Source: Planctomycetota bacterium (GTDB lineage: Bacteria; Planctomycetota; UBA1135; UBA2386). Taken from it: a stretch of 64,000 nucleotides of DNA. Under the pieces are notes generated by a model. The model saw nothing but the letters and a program-made list of their open reading frames with translations. It was not told the DNA's origin and ran no database searches. The position numbers and the translations under genes were made by a program. Where the stretch lies: positions 2,496,001-2,560,000 of the forward strand of contig OZ245006.1 of assembly GCA_965223545.1 (NCBI GenBank), in the 5' to 3' direction. Shown here piece after piece: positions 50,261 through 60,277 of this stretch. Positions within the stretch are counted from its first letter, which is position 1. Each line of letters starts with the position of its first letter.

Positions 50261-51373
50261 TCAGGGCGCCCGACGCTCCTTGGGCGGCTTCGACTTGCCG
50301 CGGCGGAAGAACTCGCTGAGCGCGTCTTCGACCCCGCCGCCGGTGTGCCGGTCGAACACCTTGCCGAGCACTTCGACCGGAAGGACGTAGTCGTCGTCGA
50401 TCTCCCAGGAGAACTCGCCCGTGCGGACTCGACGGCGCTCGCGGGTCTCGTCGCGCAGCTCGGTCAGGAGTCCGGCCACGCAGAACGGGACCTCGTCGGC
50501 CAAGAACCGCGCCACGCCGAACGCCACGTGCGCCGGCTCTTCTTCGAATCCCTGCCGCGGGTTCCAAGCCGCGACGTGATCCCAATGGAAACCGGCGCCG
50601 CCGCGCTTGCCGTAGCGGCGCGCGAGCGCGCGATGCCAGTCGGTGTGATCGAGGATCGACACGAAGCCGGCGCGGAACGGAAAGCAGTAGATCGAGCCCT
50701 GCACGCGGTCCTCGACGTGCCAAGCCAGCCCGGTCACCAGCCACGGCGGCAACTCGGGCGCGTGACCGAGAAACATCCCGGCGGCGACGCGATGCACGAC
50801 CTCGTGCGGTTCGCTCCATTCGTCGACGCCGTCCGGATCCTCGATCCACGCCCCCACCAGGGGTCGGCCAAGGCTGAAACCGCAGCGCGTTCCCGCGGCG
50901 GTCGACGCCCACTCACTCAGCGACTTCTCCTGCTCGGCCACCACGCGCAGCAGATCGCCGTAGTCTTCGCTGCGCACGCCGACCACGGCGACCGTTCGCT
51001 GCCGGACCTCGGGCATCAGGCGGCGCACCTCCCCCACCGTGCGATCCACCGCTTCGACGAAGCGGCGCACGACGCCGACCTCGCTGCTTCGCGACCGGCG
51101 CTTGCGCGACGGACTGAGCACGAGCAGCACCCGGCCCTCGGCACTGAGCACCAACCGGTAGCCGCGCGGCTGGGCGAACGCCCACCACCGCTCCACCGCG
51201 CTGGTCGCTTCGCGGTCCAGCTCGGCCGCCGCCTCGAGATCCGCCAGCGGCAGCACGCGCCCGCGCCAGGCGGCCTCGGCCGGCTCCTGCGCCGCGGCCC
51301 ATCCGGTCAGCGTGAGGCCGAGCAACGCGCACACGGCACGCGTCGGAACGGATGGCCGATGTTCGGGCTTCAT
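50261..51373 (-). CDS. Secreted HExxH-motif protein (DUF1570/peptidase MA-like)
   Basis: Signal ending AAA-Q; 'HEVVH' followed by '[10 protein letters not shown]'. Confidence 0.6.
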   Translation of the reverse strand: MKPEHRPSVPTRAVCALLGLTLTGWAAAQEPAEAAWRGRVLPLADLEAAAELDREATSAVERWWAFAQPRGYRLVLSAEGRVLLVLSPSRKRRSRSSEVGVVRRFVEAVDRTVGEVRRLMPEVRQRTVAVVGVRSEDYGDLLRVVAEQEKSLSEWASTAAGTRCGFSLGRPLVGAWIEDPDGVDEWSEPHEVVHRVAAGMFLGHAPELPPWLVTGLAWHVEDRVQGSIYCFPFRAGFVSILDHTDWHRALARRYGKRGGAGFHWDHVAAWNPRQGFEEEPAHVAFGVARFLADEVPFCVAGLLTELRDETRERRRVRTGEFSWEIDDDYVLPVEVLGKVFDRHTGGGVEDALSEFFRRGKSKPPKERRAP

Positions 51374-51513
51374 CGAACCTCTGTGGAAACGGGGTCGCGC
51401 GATGTGACCGGCGTCGAGCCCTCCACGAGAGCCCTCGCCGACCATGACTCTAGAGACACCCCTACAGCGTTGTTTCCCTCTGAAAGTTCCGGAAAAGCGC
51501 CAAGATGGGTGCG

Positions 51514-52230
51514 ATGTCCAGAATCCGTCCCCGACCGGCCAGCGCGGTCTTGGTGGCCGTCGTCGTGGCCGTCCTCGTCTTCGCTCTCGGTGACCGGTGC
51601 GACGGCGCCGGGGCCGACCCCACCACCATGGCACTGCCCGAGAACGCATCCGACGTCGAGCTGCTGGACGCGGAGCCCGAGTGGCAGCGGCTGGAACGCA
51701 CCGCCTGGTCGTTCGCCAAGCGCGCCGCCTGGCTGCCTCATACGTTGGAGCCCGAGGATCTGTTGCGCCACGTCGAGCTGAACCCCGACGATCAGCCGAT
51801 CCCTGCGGCCCTCCGACGGGAGCTCCGCGCGATCCTCGACCACCATCGCCCCGGCCTGCGGGAACTCGCAGAAGGCCTCGCCGCTGTCCAGTCCGCCGAA
51901 TTCGACGAGGCGGTGAAGCAGGGGCGTGCATCACACCGCATCGAGGACCCCTTCGTCGAGCACCGCCACGACCGGCTGGTGATCAGCGTTCCACTGCGGT
52001 CGGGAGGGATCACGTCCATCGACCTTGCCACGAACGAGTCCACGTTCGTGGATCGACGTCTCCTGGGGGCGACCGCGCGCGGGCGCGCGCTGTTCGCCAT
52101 CGCCGCCGCGGAACTCTGCGGACAGATCACCGCCTGGTGCACGCGCCACGGGATCTTGGCTGACGCGGAGGCGGTGGAGATGCTCGCGGCCTGCGTGCAA
52201 CAGTGCCAGCGTCGGCTGGCGACCGGATGA
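51514..52230 (+). CDS. Hypothetical exported/membrane-anchored protein
   Basis: Basic N-terminus plus hydrophobic 'VLVAVVVAVLVFAL'; fills the gap between neighbours; start 51505 or 51514. Confidence 0.6.
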   Translation: MSRIRPRPASAVLVAVVVAVLVFALGDRCDGAGADPTTMALPENASDVELLDAEPEWQRLERTAWSFAKRAAWLPHTLEPEDLLRHVELNPDDQPIPAALRRELRAILDHHRPGLRELAEGLAAVQSAEFDEAVKQGRASHRIEDPFVEHRHDRLVISVPLRSGGITSIDLATNESTFVDRRLLGATARGRALFAIAAAELCGQITAWCTRHGILADAEAVEMLAACVQQCQRRLATG

Positions 52231-52248
52231 CGTCCGCCGACCAGCGCG

Positions 52249-53055
52249 TTACACCGCCTCGGCGACGACCGCGTTGCGCAGCGTACCAATCCCCTCGACC
52301 TCGACCTCGACGATGTCGCCGGGCTGCAAGAAGCGCGGCGGCGACATCGCGAACCCGACGCCGGCCGGCGTACCGGTGAGGATCACGGTCCCCGGCGCCA
52401 ACACCGTGCTGCCGCTGAGGAACTCGATCAGCTCAGGCACGTCGAACATCATCGCATCCGTGCGTGCATCCTGGCGCACCTCGCCGTTCACGCGAGTCTG
52501 CAAGCGGAGGCCGCGCGGATCCGGCAACTCGTCGCGGGTGACCAGCACGGGGCCCAGCGGACAGAAGGTCGCGAACGTCTTGCCCCGGCACCACTGGCCA
52601 CCCCCCCACTGCTTCTGCCAGTCGCGTGCACTGACGTCGTTGGCGCAGCAGTAGCCGAGCACGTAGTCGAGCGCGTCCGACCGGCTGGCGTTGATGCACT
52701 CGCGACCGATCACCACCGCGAGCTCGCCCTCGTAGTCGACCTGTTCACTGCCGAGGTGACGAGGGATCACGATCGGCGCATCCGGCCCCTGCACCGCGCT
52801 CGGCATCTTCATGAACAAGACCGGCCGGTCGGGGATCGCCGCGCTCTGCTCCGCGGCGTGGGCAGCGTAGTTGCGGCCGATGCAGAGCACGGCAGCGGGC
52901 ACGAGCGGCGCGAGGAGAGCCTCGACCCGAACCGGCTCACCGGTGTCTTCGAGCCGCTCGAACATCGAGCCGACCAGGCGGGTGACGGCGCCGGCGGCGT
53001 GCTGGGCGCCGAGACCGACGACCCCGTTGTCATCGCGGAAGCGAACGATCCTCAT
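52249..53055 (-). CDS. Fumarylacetoacetate hydrolase family protein
   Basis: 'CIGRNYAAHA.E', 'PVLFMK', 'DYEGELAVVIG', 'NDVSARDWQ', 'GKTF.TFCPLGP', 'TGTPAGVG', 'EGIGTLRN'. Confidence 0.95.
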   Translation of the reverse strand: MRIVRFRDDNGVVGLGAQHAAGAVTRLVGSMFERLEDTGEPVRVEALLAPLVPAAVLCIGRNYAAHAAEQSAAIPDRPVLFMKMPSAVQGPDAPIVIPRHLGSEQVDYEGELAVVIGRECINASRSDALDYVLGYCCANDVSARDWQKQWGGGQWCRGKTFATFCPLGPVLVTRDELPDPRGLRLQTRVNGEVRQDARTDAMMFDVPELIEFLSGSTVLAPGTVILTGTPAGVGFAMSPPRFLQPGDIVEVEVEGIGTLRNAVVAEAV

Positions 53056-53225
53056 ACCGCACGGATCATCTCCGACGACCTCCCGACAGGCACGAACCGC
53101 AAGACCCCGGGGGCGGGATATCCCGATGCGGACAGAATTGCGGCGTACCGGTAACATGTTTCCCTCTCGTCTTCGTCCTGCCCCGGCCCGACCCCCCCGC
53201 CGCTGACCTCGCGGTGGCCCGAACC

Positions 53226-54887
53226 ATGCATCACCGACTCCCCCAGCTGCTGGCTGCAGCTGGCGTTCTTTCCGCGTTCGCCCTGCCGGCCGCGGTGGCG
53301 CAGACCGCACCGCTGGTCACCCAGACCCGGCCGATCAGCCTGGCCTCGGCCGCGTTCGACAACCCGACCACGGCCAACGTCACGGTCTACACGAAGCTCG
53401 TCGTCGCACCGGGCGCACCGTGGGTGCGCTTGCATTTCGACACCGCCGTGGTGACCGGCAAGAGCTACATCGAGGTCGTCTCTCTCGACGACGGCGCGAT
53501 CCAGCGGCTCGACGCGGCGGCGTTGCAGAGCTGGGAGAATCACACCGCGTACTTCAACGGCGATACGGTGCTGGTCCGCCTCGTCACCGGTCCGGGGACG
53601 CGCGGCAACCGCATCGCCGCCGACGACGTGGAGTACGGCGTCACGGTACCGCCGCCGCCCTCGATCTGCGGCGTCGACAACCGCGTGCTGTCGACCGACA
53701 AGAGGGTCGCCCGCGTGATGCCGGTCGTTTGCACCGGGTGGCTGGCGAGCCCGACGAACATGATCGTCTCCGCCGGACACTGCTGCGGCACCTCGTTCCG
53801 CACCGCCCAGTTCAACGTGCCGCCGTCGACCGCCGGCGGCGCGATCCGGCATCCACCGCCGGAAGACCAGTACCCGGTCGACCGCGGCACGATCCAGAGG
53901 CGCAGTGGAGGGATCGGCAACGACTGGTGCGTCTCCTTGCTGCGCGTCAACTCCTCGACGGGGCAGCACGCCGGCGAGCGCCAGGGCCAGCACTTCACCG
54001 TCGGGTTCTACCGGCCCACCACCGGTCGATCGATCCGCGTGACCGGCCACGGCAGCGCCAGCGGCAACCGCAACAACGCGCAGACCACCCACGCAGGTCC
54101 ACTGCGGCGCAACGGCGGCACGACCCTGTGCTACTCGACCGACACGACCGGCGGCAACTCGGGCTCGCCGGTGATCGACGAGACCACCGGCCAGGCCGTC
54201 GGCGTGCACACGCACGCCGGCTGTGGCCCCAGCGGCGGCTGCAACAGCGGCACCAGCAGCCTGAACGCAGCGTTCCGCAACGCGCTGTTCGTCGCCGCAC
54301 CGGTCGTCAACCAGATCACTCCGTCGACGGTCACTTCGTTCCAGCCGGCGCAGATCACCCTGACCGGAACGGCCCTCGACCGCGTCGATTCGTTGACGGT
54401 CGGGGGCGTCAGCGTGCCGTTCTCGTCCTCGAGCTCCACGTCGCTGACGTTCGCACTCCCGAGCCCGTTCGAGATCAAAACGCACGCGGTCGTGGCGACC
54501 AACAACGGCGGCAGCAGCAGCCCGGTCAACCTGACGGTGACCGGCAACCACCCCAGCGTACTGGTCACGCCAGCACTGGTCGTGCGCGGCTTCGCCTCGC
54601 CCTACAGCGTGCACACCGATGCGGGTTGGTTCGCCACGCTGCTGGTGTCGGGGTCCAACGCGCCGAGTGCGTTGCCGGGCATCGTCAGCCTGCAGATCGG
54701 CGCCAACTTCAGCCAGCTCACCGAGGTCACCACGCTGGTGGCCGACAACGCCGGCGAGGCCACGGTGCAGCTGACGGTCCCCTTTGGGGCATCGCCGGGC
54801 ACGATCCACTTCCAGGCGATCACTTTCGCCCCGCCGGTAACGTTCCCGCTCGAGGTCTCCAACCCCTCGCCGACGCTGATCTTCTAG
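53226..54887 (+). CDS. Secreted trypsin-like serine protease with IPT/TIG domain and shared C-terminal domain
   Basis: Signal ending AVA-Q; triad 'SAGHC', 'NDW', 'GGNSGSP'; IPT-like 'PVVNQITPS....ITLTGT.L'. Confidence 0.9.
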   Translation: MHHRLPQLLAAAGVLSAFALPAAVAQTAPLVTQTRPISLASAAFDNPTTANVTVYTKLVVAPGAPWVRLHFDTAVVTGKSYIEVVSLDDGAIQRLDAAALQSWENHTAYFNGDTVLVRLVTGPGTRGNRIAADDVEYGVTVPPPPSICGVDNRVLSTDKRVARVMPVVCTGWLASPTNMIVSAGHCCGTSFRTAQFNVPPSTAGGAIRHPPPEDQYPVDRGTIQRRSGGIGNDWCVSLLRVNSSTGQHAGERQGQHFTVGFYRPTTGRSIRVTGHGSASGNRNNAQTTHAGPLRRNGGTTLCYSTDTTGGNSGSPVIDETTGQAVGVHTHAGCGPSGGCNSGTSSLNAAFRNALFVAAPVVNQITPSTVTSFQPAQITLTGTALDRVDSLTVGGVSVPFSSSSSTSLTFALPSPFEIKTHAVVATNNGGSSSPVNLTVTGNHPSVLVTPALVVRGFASPYSVHTDAGWFATLLVSGSNAPSALPGIVSLQIGANFSQLTEVTTLVADNAGEATVQLTVPFGASPGTIHFQAITFAPPVTFPLEVSNPSPTLIF

Positions 54888-54909
54888 CGTCGTTCGGGCC
54901 GGCACGGCG

Positions 54910-55327
54910 GCTGAGCCTCGGGGTCCGCAAATCTTCGCGCGGCGACAACCTTTCGGAAGGCTCGATGCCGCTGGAACTTCGACAACGCAGCTCCCGGAGG
55001 CTCGAAGACAACACTGGCGTCTGCCTCAGCGCGGCCGCCGGCGACGGCGGGACCCGCGACCGACGCTCGGGTCGCGGAATGCTCCGTGTTTGGTTGCGGC
55101 CCCGGCCGCGCTGAGCCTCGGGGTCCGCAAAATCTTCGCGCGGCGACAACCTTTCCGAAGGCTCGATGCCGCTGGAACTTCGACAACGCAGCTCCCGGAG
55201 GCTCGAAGACAACACTGGCGTCTGCGCTCAGCGCGGCCGCCGGCGACCGCGGGACCCGCGACCGACGCTCGGGTCGCGGAATGCTCCGTTGCGGCCCCGG
55301 CCGCGCTGAGCCATGGCTATGCTCAGC
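54910..55327. repeat. Tandem ~200-bp intergenic repeat (two full units plus start of a third) with alternating inverted 14-mers
   Basis: Unit 1 is 54910-55109 (200 bp) and unit 2 is 55110-55304 (195 bp); they differ by 2 substitutions and 3 indels. GCTGAGCC restarts at 55305. Confidence 0.93.
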
Positions 55328-55376
55328 CGCCCGGCGGAACGCTTCGCGCCGGGTCCCTCCCGAACCGCTGCCGCCC

Positions 55377-56711
55377 TTGCCTGCCCACATCCCACCCGGC
55401 GCCCACCGCGGCGCCACACTGTTCGCGTTGGCTTTCACCGCCGGTGCCGCCATCGCCCAGCACGGACACCCGCCGGCCACGGCCAACGTAGTCGTGATCC
55501 TCGCCGACGATCTGGGCTACGCCGACCTCGGCGCCTACGGCGGCACCGGCATCGCGACGCCGAACCTCGATCGGCTGGCGCGCGAGGGCATCCGCTTCAC
55601 CGACTTCTACGCCTCGGCGCCGGTGTGCACTCCGACGCGCAACGATCTGTTGACCGGCCGCCACGCGGTGCGCACCGGCATGTCCAACAACACGACCGGC
55701 GTGCTCCAGCCCCAGCACCAGGGCGGGCTGCCCGCCGGCGAGGTCACCTTGGCCGAGCTGCTGCGCGGAGAGGGGTACTCGACGGCCTGCATCGGCAAGT
55801 GGCACCTCGGCCACCAACCAGAACACCTACCGACCCAGCACGGCTTCGACTACTTCTACGGCGTCCCCTACAGCAACAACATGACGCCGCTGCCGTTGCT
55901 GCGCAACACGACGCTGCTCGGCGATGCCAACGCGGCCCAATCGACCCTGACGCAGCTGTTCACGCAGGAGGCGATCGCGTTCGTCGAGCGCGAGCGAAAC
56001 GGACCGTTCTTCCTGTACTTCGCGCCGACCGCCCCGCACGTTCCCCTGCACCCGTCGCCCGAGTTCGCCGGCCAAAGCGGCGCGGGCACGTACGGAGACG
56101 TCGTGCAGGAGCTCGACCACAGCGTCGGGCGCATCCTCGACGCGCTGGCGACCCGCGGGATCGAACGGCACACTGTCGTCGTCTTCACCAGCGACAACGG
56201 TCCCGATCGGATCAACGGCGGTGGGTCGGCAACGCCGTTTCGCGGGGCGAAGAGCACCGTCTACGAGGGCGGCGTGCGGGTGCCGTGCATCGTGCGCTGG
56301 ACCGATCGCATCGCCGGCGAGCAGGTGTCCGGCGCGCTTTGCAACACGCTCGACCTGTTCCCGACCGTGGCGGCGATCGCCGGCGCCCCGCTGCCCGACG
56401 TCGCGCTGGACGGCATCGACTTGGGCGCGGTCTGGCTGCAGGGAGCGGCCAGCGCGCGGGACTTCCACCCGTACTATCACGGCAAGTTCCTGATCGCGGG
56501 TCGAATCGGGGACTACAAGCTCCACCTGCGCACCCAGCTGACGTCGTGGGCACCGTCGACGCCACTGCCGGCACCCCTGCTGTTCGATCTCCGCGCCGAC
56601 CCCGGCGAGCAGATCGACATCGCCGCGACGCACCAGACCGTGGTTGCCGAGATCCTCGCTCGGGTGCGCAGCTACGAGGAGACCGTCGAGTTCGGCATCA
56701 CCCAGTTCTGA
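55377..56711 (+). CDS. Arylsulfatase (Cys-type, FGly-dependent)
   Basis: 'NVVVILADDLGY', 'CTPTR..LLTGR', 'GKWHLG', 'HGFD', 'PHVP', 'TSDNG', 'EGGVRVP', 'LFDL..DPGE'. Start uncertain (TTG 55377); the ORF-track start lies inside the repeat. Confidence 0.92.
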   Translation: MPAHIPPGAHRGATLFALAFTAGAAIAQHGHPPATANVVVILADDLGYADLGAYGGTGIATPNLDRLAREGIRFTDFYASAPVCTPTRNDLLTGRHAVRTGMSNNTTGVLQPQHQGGLPAGEVTLAELLRGEGYSTACIGKWHLGHQPEHLPTQHGFDYFYGVPYSNNMTPLPLLRNTTLLGDANAAQSTLTQLFTQEAIAFVERERNGPFFLYFAPTAPHVPLHPSPEFAGQSGAGTYGDVVQELDHSVGRILDALATRGIERHTVVVFTSDNGPDRINGGGSATPFRGAKSTVYEGGVRVPCIVRWTDRIAGEQVSGALCNTLDLFPTVAAIAGAPLPDVALDGIDLGAVWLQGAASARDFHPYYHGKFLIAGRIGDYKLHLRTQLTSWAPSTPLPAPLLFDLRADPGEQIDIAATHQTVVAEILARVRSYEETVEFGITQF

Positions 56712-58242
56712 GCGCGCGGCGGGCGCACGCCGAAACAACGACCGTCACAAGCACGGAGGCGATCTCTGCGAGCGCAGTGCAGGACATCGGGTTGACCCCT
56801 TCCGCGTGGAGCCAGCCCAACACTTCCCTGCCCGCGCCAGGCGCCAGCCAGGCGGGCTGGAGGAGCTGCGCGTGCAGCACGACGAAGACGGTCAAGCCGG
56901 TCACCAAGCCGGCGACCGCGCCGGCTTTGGTGACGCCGCGCCAGACCGCGCCGAGCACGAGCGGACCCGCCAACGCCGCCATCAGACCGCCAAGGCCGAT
57001 CCAGATCAGCAGGGCGATGTTGCGCGAGCGCAACGCGACCGCCAACGCCGCGCAGACCGCGACGACGGCGATCGAGGCCCACCGGCCGACGCGCAGTACG
57101 CGCCGGTCGAGTTCGGCCGGATCGACGCCCGCGGCACGGCGCCCAAGCCAGCTGCGCCGGTAGATGTCGTTGGCGATGACCTGCGACGCCGCCACGACCA
57201 AGCCGTCGGCGGTCGACATCACCGCCGCCAGCACGCCGACGCCAATCAACGCCGCCAGCCAAGGCGGCAGAGTCGCCAAGAACAGGCGGGGCAGGGCGTC
57301 GTTGGCGCCATCCTCTCGCAGCAGGGCATCGCCGAGCAGACCGCGCGCCACCAGGCCGCCCAACAGCAAGAGCCCGAGGATCAGCCCAAAGGCACCGACC
57401 AACGCGACGAACGCCCGGCGCTGGCGCGGCGCGCGCAGTGCCCAGACCTTGTTGCCGAGATGTGGCAACAGCCCCATCGGCAGGTGCGCCAAGAAGATCG
57501 CGACCACCGACCACCACGAGTGGTACAACGGCGTCGTGGGGTTGAGCCAGCCGACGAGCTGCGCGTCCTGCTGCCGCAGGGCGGCGACCACGCCCTGCCA
57601 ACCGCCGTCGACGGCGCGCTCGGGGCCGCCGCCGGCCAAGAACATGCCAACCACCAGTGCGGCCAGCAGCAGCATCATCACTCCCTGCACCGCGTCGCTG
57701 AGGATGTCGGCGTGCGCCCCACCCATGACCACGTAGAACGCGAGCACGATGCAGGTGATCGCCAGAGCCCACCCCCAACTCAGCCCGAGGAGGGTGTGGA
57801 ACAGCACCAGCGCCGCCACCAGCTGGCCGGCGATGTAGAACGTCAACAGCAGCGAGAACAGCGCGACCACCAGGCGGATCGCATCCGATCCGTACCGGTC
57901 GCCGAGCAGCTCGGGGATCGAACGGCTACCGAAGCGCGCACCGGACGCCGCGATCCCGCGCGCCGACACCAACACTCCGGTGAACACCGCCAACGGGTAG
58001 AGCAAGCTCGACCACAGCGACGCCGTGCCGTAGCGATAGGCCAACCCCGGACCGCCGAGAAAGGTCGCGCCGCTGGCGGTGGTCGCCGCGAACGCCAAGG
58101 CGAGCACCACCGGCCCGTAGCTGCCGCGCGCGGTGGCGAAGTCGTCGGCGGCGCGCACCCGCCGGGCCGCGACCACGCCGAGCACCAACATCGCCAGCAC
58201 ATAGACCGCCGTGAACGCCCAGGCCCACGCCGCCGTGCTCAT
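56698..58242 (-). CDS. Sodium:solute symporter (SSS; PutP/PanF-like)
   Basis: About 13 TM segments; 'AATTASGATFLGGPG..Y..G', 'SIPELLGDRYGS', 'GG..ADILSDAVQG', 'LAAVMSTADG'; ATGA overlap with coaC. Confidence 0.9.
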   Translation of the reverse strand: MSTAAWAWAFTAVYVLAMLVLGVVAARRVRAADDFATARGSYGPVVLALAFAATTASGATFLGGPGLAYRYGTASLWSSLLYPLAVFTGVLVSARGIAASGARFGSRSIPELLGDRYGSDAIRLVVALFSLLLTFYIAGQLVAALVLFHTLLGLSWGWALAITCIVLAFYVVMGGAHADILSDAVQGVMMLLLAALVVGMFLAGGGPERAVDGGWQGVVAALRQQDAQLVGWLNPTTPLYHSWWSVVAIFLAHLPMGLLPHLGNKVWALRAPRQRRAFVALVGAFGLILGLLLLGGLVARGLLGDALLREDGANDALPRLFLATLPPWLAALIGVGVLAAVMSTADGLVVAASQVIANDIYRRSWLGRRAAGVDPAELDRRVLRVGRWASIAVVAVCAALAVALRSRNIALLIWIGLGGLMAALAGPLVLGAVWRGVTKAGAVAGLVTGLTVFVVLHAQLLQPAWLAPGAGREVLGWLHAEGVNPMSCTALAEIASVLVTVVVSACARRALRTG

Positions 58243-58784
58243 CGCGCGGCGAGCCGCTGCATCACCTGCTGCAGCAGCTCTTCGGGCTCGAGCATGCGGC
58301 CGATGGCGTCGTAGCCCTCGGCCAAGTGGCCGACCACCGGCCCGAGCACCTCGTAGCCCAACTCCACCAGCGTCGCGACATTGCGTTGCACGGCGGGGTC
58401 CTGCCACATGGCGTCGTTCATCGCCGGGCACACCAGCCGCGGGCACCGACACGCGACCGCCGCCAGGGTCACCGCGTCGTCACACGTGCCCGCCGCCAAG
58501 CGCGCGATGAGATCGGCGGTCGCCGGCGCCACCAAGAGCAGATCCGCGGCGCGGGTGTGCTCGATGTGCGGCACCCGGCCGTCGGCATCCACCTGCGTCG
58601 CCGACCGCGCCACCGCGCGTCCGGTCAGGCCGGCAAACGTCGCCGCGCCGACGAAGCGCTCGGCGTCGCGCGACATCGCCACTCGCACGTCGACGCCGCC
58701 CTGCACGAGCTGGCTGGCCAAGGCCGCCACCTTGAAGGCGGCGATGCCGCCACCGACGCCGAGCAGGACGGTGCCCTGGCTCAT
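58239..58784 (-). CDS. coaC: Phosphopantothenoylcysteine decarboxylase-like flavoprotein (CoaC domain only)
   Basis: 'VLLGVGGGIAAFK', 'HIE', 'VAPATADLIA.LA.G..DD', 'PAMN..MW', 'G.LAEG...IGRM.EP'; 181 aa, no CoaB domain. Confidence 0.82.
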   Translation of the reverse strand: MSQGTVLLGVGGGIAAFKVAALASQLVQGGVDVRVAMSRDAERFVGAATFAGLTGRAVARSATQVDADGRVPHIEHTRAADLLLVAPATADLIARLAAGTCDDAVTLAAVACRCPRLVCPAMNDAMWQDPAVQRNVATLVELGYEVLGPVVGHLAEGYDAIGRMLEPEELLQQVMQRLAAR

Positions 58785-59344
58785 GACCCGAAGCCGAGCA
58801 GCGCCTTGACCTCGGCGATCGCTTCTTCCAGGTCGCGGTTGACCACGACGTGGTCGTACAGGGACTGCGCCTCCAACTCCGCGGCGGCGATTCGAACGCG
58901 GCGCTCGATGTCTTCGGCGCTGTTCTGGCCGCGCGCCGCCAGCCGATCGCGCAAGTGCTGCAGGCTGGGCGGCACGATGAACACGAACAAAGCCTCGACG
59001 CCGGCATCGCGCAGCTGCTGTGTGCCCTGCACTTCGATCTCGAGCACGAAGTGCTTGCCACCGCGCAACGCCTGGTCCACCGGCGCACGCAGCGTTCCGT
59101 AGAAGCGCTCGTTGTACTCGGCCCACTCGAGGAACTCGCCGCGATCGCGCCGCGCGACGAACTCCTCGATCGCCATGAAGTGGTAGTCGACGCCGTCGAC
59201 CTCGCCCGGTCGCGGCGACCGCGTCGTGGCCGAGACCGAGAACTCGATCCGCGGGTCTTCTTTCAGCACCCGCACGATCGAGGTCTTGCCCGCCCCCGAG
59301 GGGCCCGACAACACGATCAGCTTGCCCGGCTCGTGCATGCTCAC
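58781..59344 (-). CDS. gmk: Guanylate kinase
   Basis: 'VLSGPSGAGKT', 'SVSATTR.PRPGEVDGVDYHF', 'FLEWA', 'YGT', 'IEVQG'. Confidence 0.97.
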   Translation of the reverse strand: MSMHEPGKLIVLSGPSGAGKTSIVRVLKEDPRIEFSVSATTRSPRPGEVDGVDYHFMAIEEFVARRDRGEFLEWAEYNERFYGTLRAPVDQALRGGKHFVLEIEVQGTQQLRDAGVEALFVFIVPPSLQHLRDRLAARGQNSAEDIERRVRIAAAELEAQSLYDHVVVNRDLEEAIAEVKALLGFGS

Positions 59345-60276
59345 TCCAGATTCGCCGCCTGTTCGCGCACTCGCTCGACCGCGGCCTTCATGTCGACCAC
59401 GAGCTGGCCGATCCCGGCGTCCGGCACCTTCGAGCCTGTGGTGTTGATCTCGCGCTGCAGCTCTTGTGCGACGAACTCCAGGCGGCGTCCCAGGGCACCG
59501 CCGCCGTCTAGCAGCGCCCGCGCGGCCACCAGATGCTCGCCCACCCGCTGCAGCTCCTCACCGACGTCGGCGCGGTCGGCGTACAGCGCCACCTCGCGCA
59601 GCACGTCGGCGTCGCGCATCGCCGGCGCCCGGCCGTCGAGGAACTCATCGACCCGGCGCCGGAGCTCGGCCCGGTAGCGGTCGATCACCGCCGGCAACCG
59701 CGCTTCGATCGCCTGCCGCGAACGCTCCAACGCATCCAGCTGCGCGCCGACTGCCGCGGCGGTGGCGGCGCCGTCGCGCAGCCGGTCGGCGACCAGTGCC
59801 GCCACTGCGCGGTCCACCACCTCCGCCAGCTGCGGCGGCAGATCGCGGCTGACACGCCCGACGGGCGCGGGCCCCAACAGCGACTGCACCGCCACGAGAT
59901 GCGACAGCGCCAGATCGTCGACCAATCCCAGCGCGCCGCCGACGCGCCGCAGCTCTTCGATGGCCGCGCGCGCGCGCGCCTCGTCGACGACCGTCTCGGC
60001 CGCCGGGCCGCCGCACTCGATCGACACCGTGACCGTGCCGCGCTGCACTGCACGGCGCACGGCCGCGTCGAGAGCCGCGTCGAAGCCGGCGCAAGACGGT
60101 GGCGTCCGCGCCTTGACCGTGAGGCCGCGGCCGTTGACCGAACGCAGCTCGATCACCACGTCGCCGATCTCGGTGTCGCCGCGCGCGACCCCGACCCCGG
60201 TCATGCTCGCCGCGCTGCCCGCTCCTGGCCCGCGCGCGGGCCGACCGGATTCGGGCTGCGGGGCGCTCGCGGCCAA
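59341..60276 (-). CDS. yicC: YicC/YloC family endoribonuclease
   Basis: 'SMTG.G', 'ELRSVN.R.L', 'D..EEL.R', 'GRRLEFVAQEL.REINT.GSK', 'REQAANLE'; adjacent to gmk. Confidence 0.93.
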   Translation of the reverse strand: MAASAPQPESGRPARGPGAGSAASMTGVGVARGDTEIGDVVIELRSVNGRGLTVKARTPPSCAGFDAALDAAVRRAVQRGTVTVSIECGGPAAETVVDEARARAAIEELRRVGGALGLVDDLALSHLVAVQSLLGPAPVGRVSRDLPPQLAEVVDRAVAALVADRLRDGAATAAAVGAQLDALERSRQAIEARLPAVIDRYRAELRRRVDEFLDGRAPAMRDADVLREVALYADRADVGEELQRVGEHLVAARALLDGGGALGRRLEFVAQELQREINTTGSKVPDAGIGQLVVDMKAAVERVREQAANLE

Positions 60277-60277
60277 C

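Noticed and set aside
54910..55327. CRISPR array
   Set aside because: Whole ~200-bp units are duplicated; there are no unique spacers and no cas genes.
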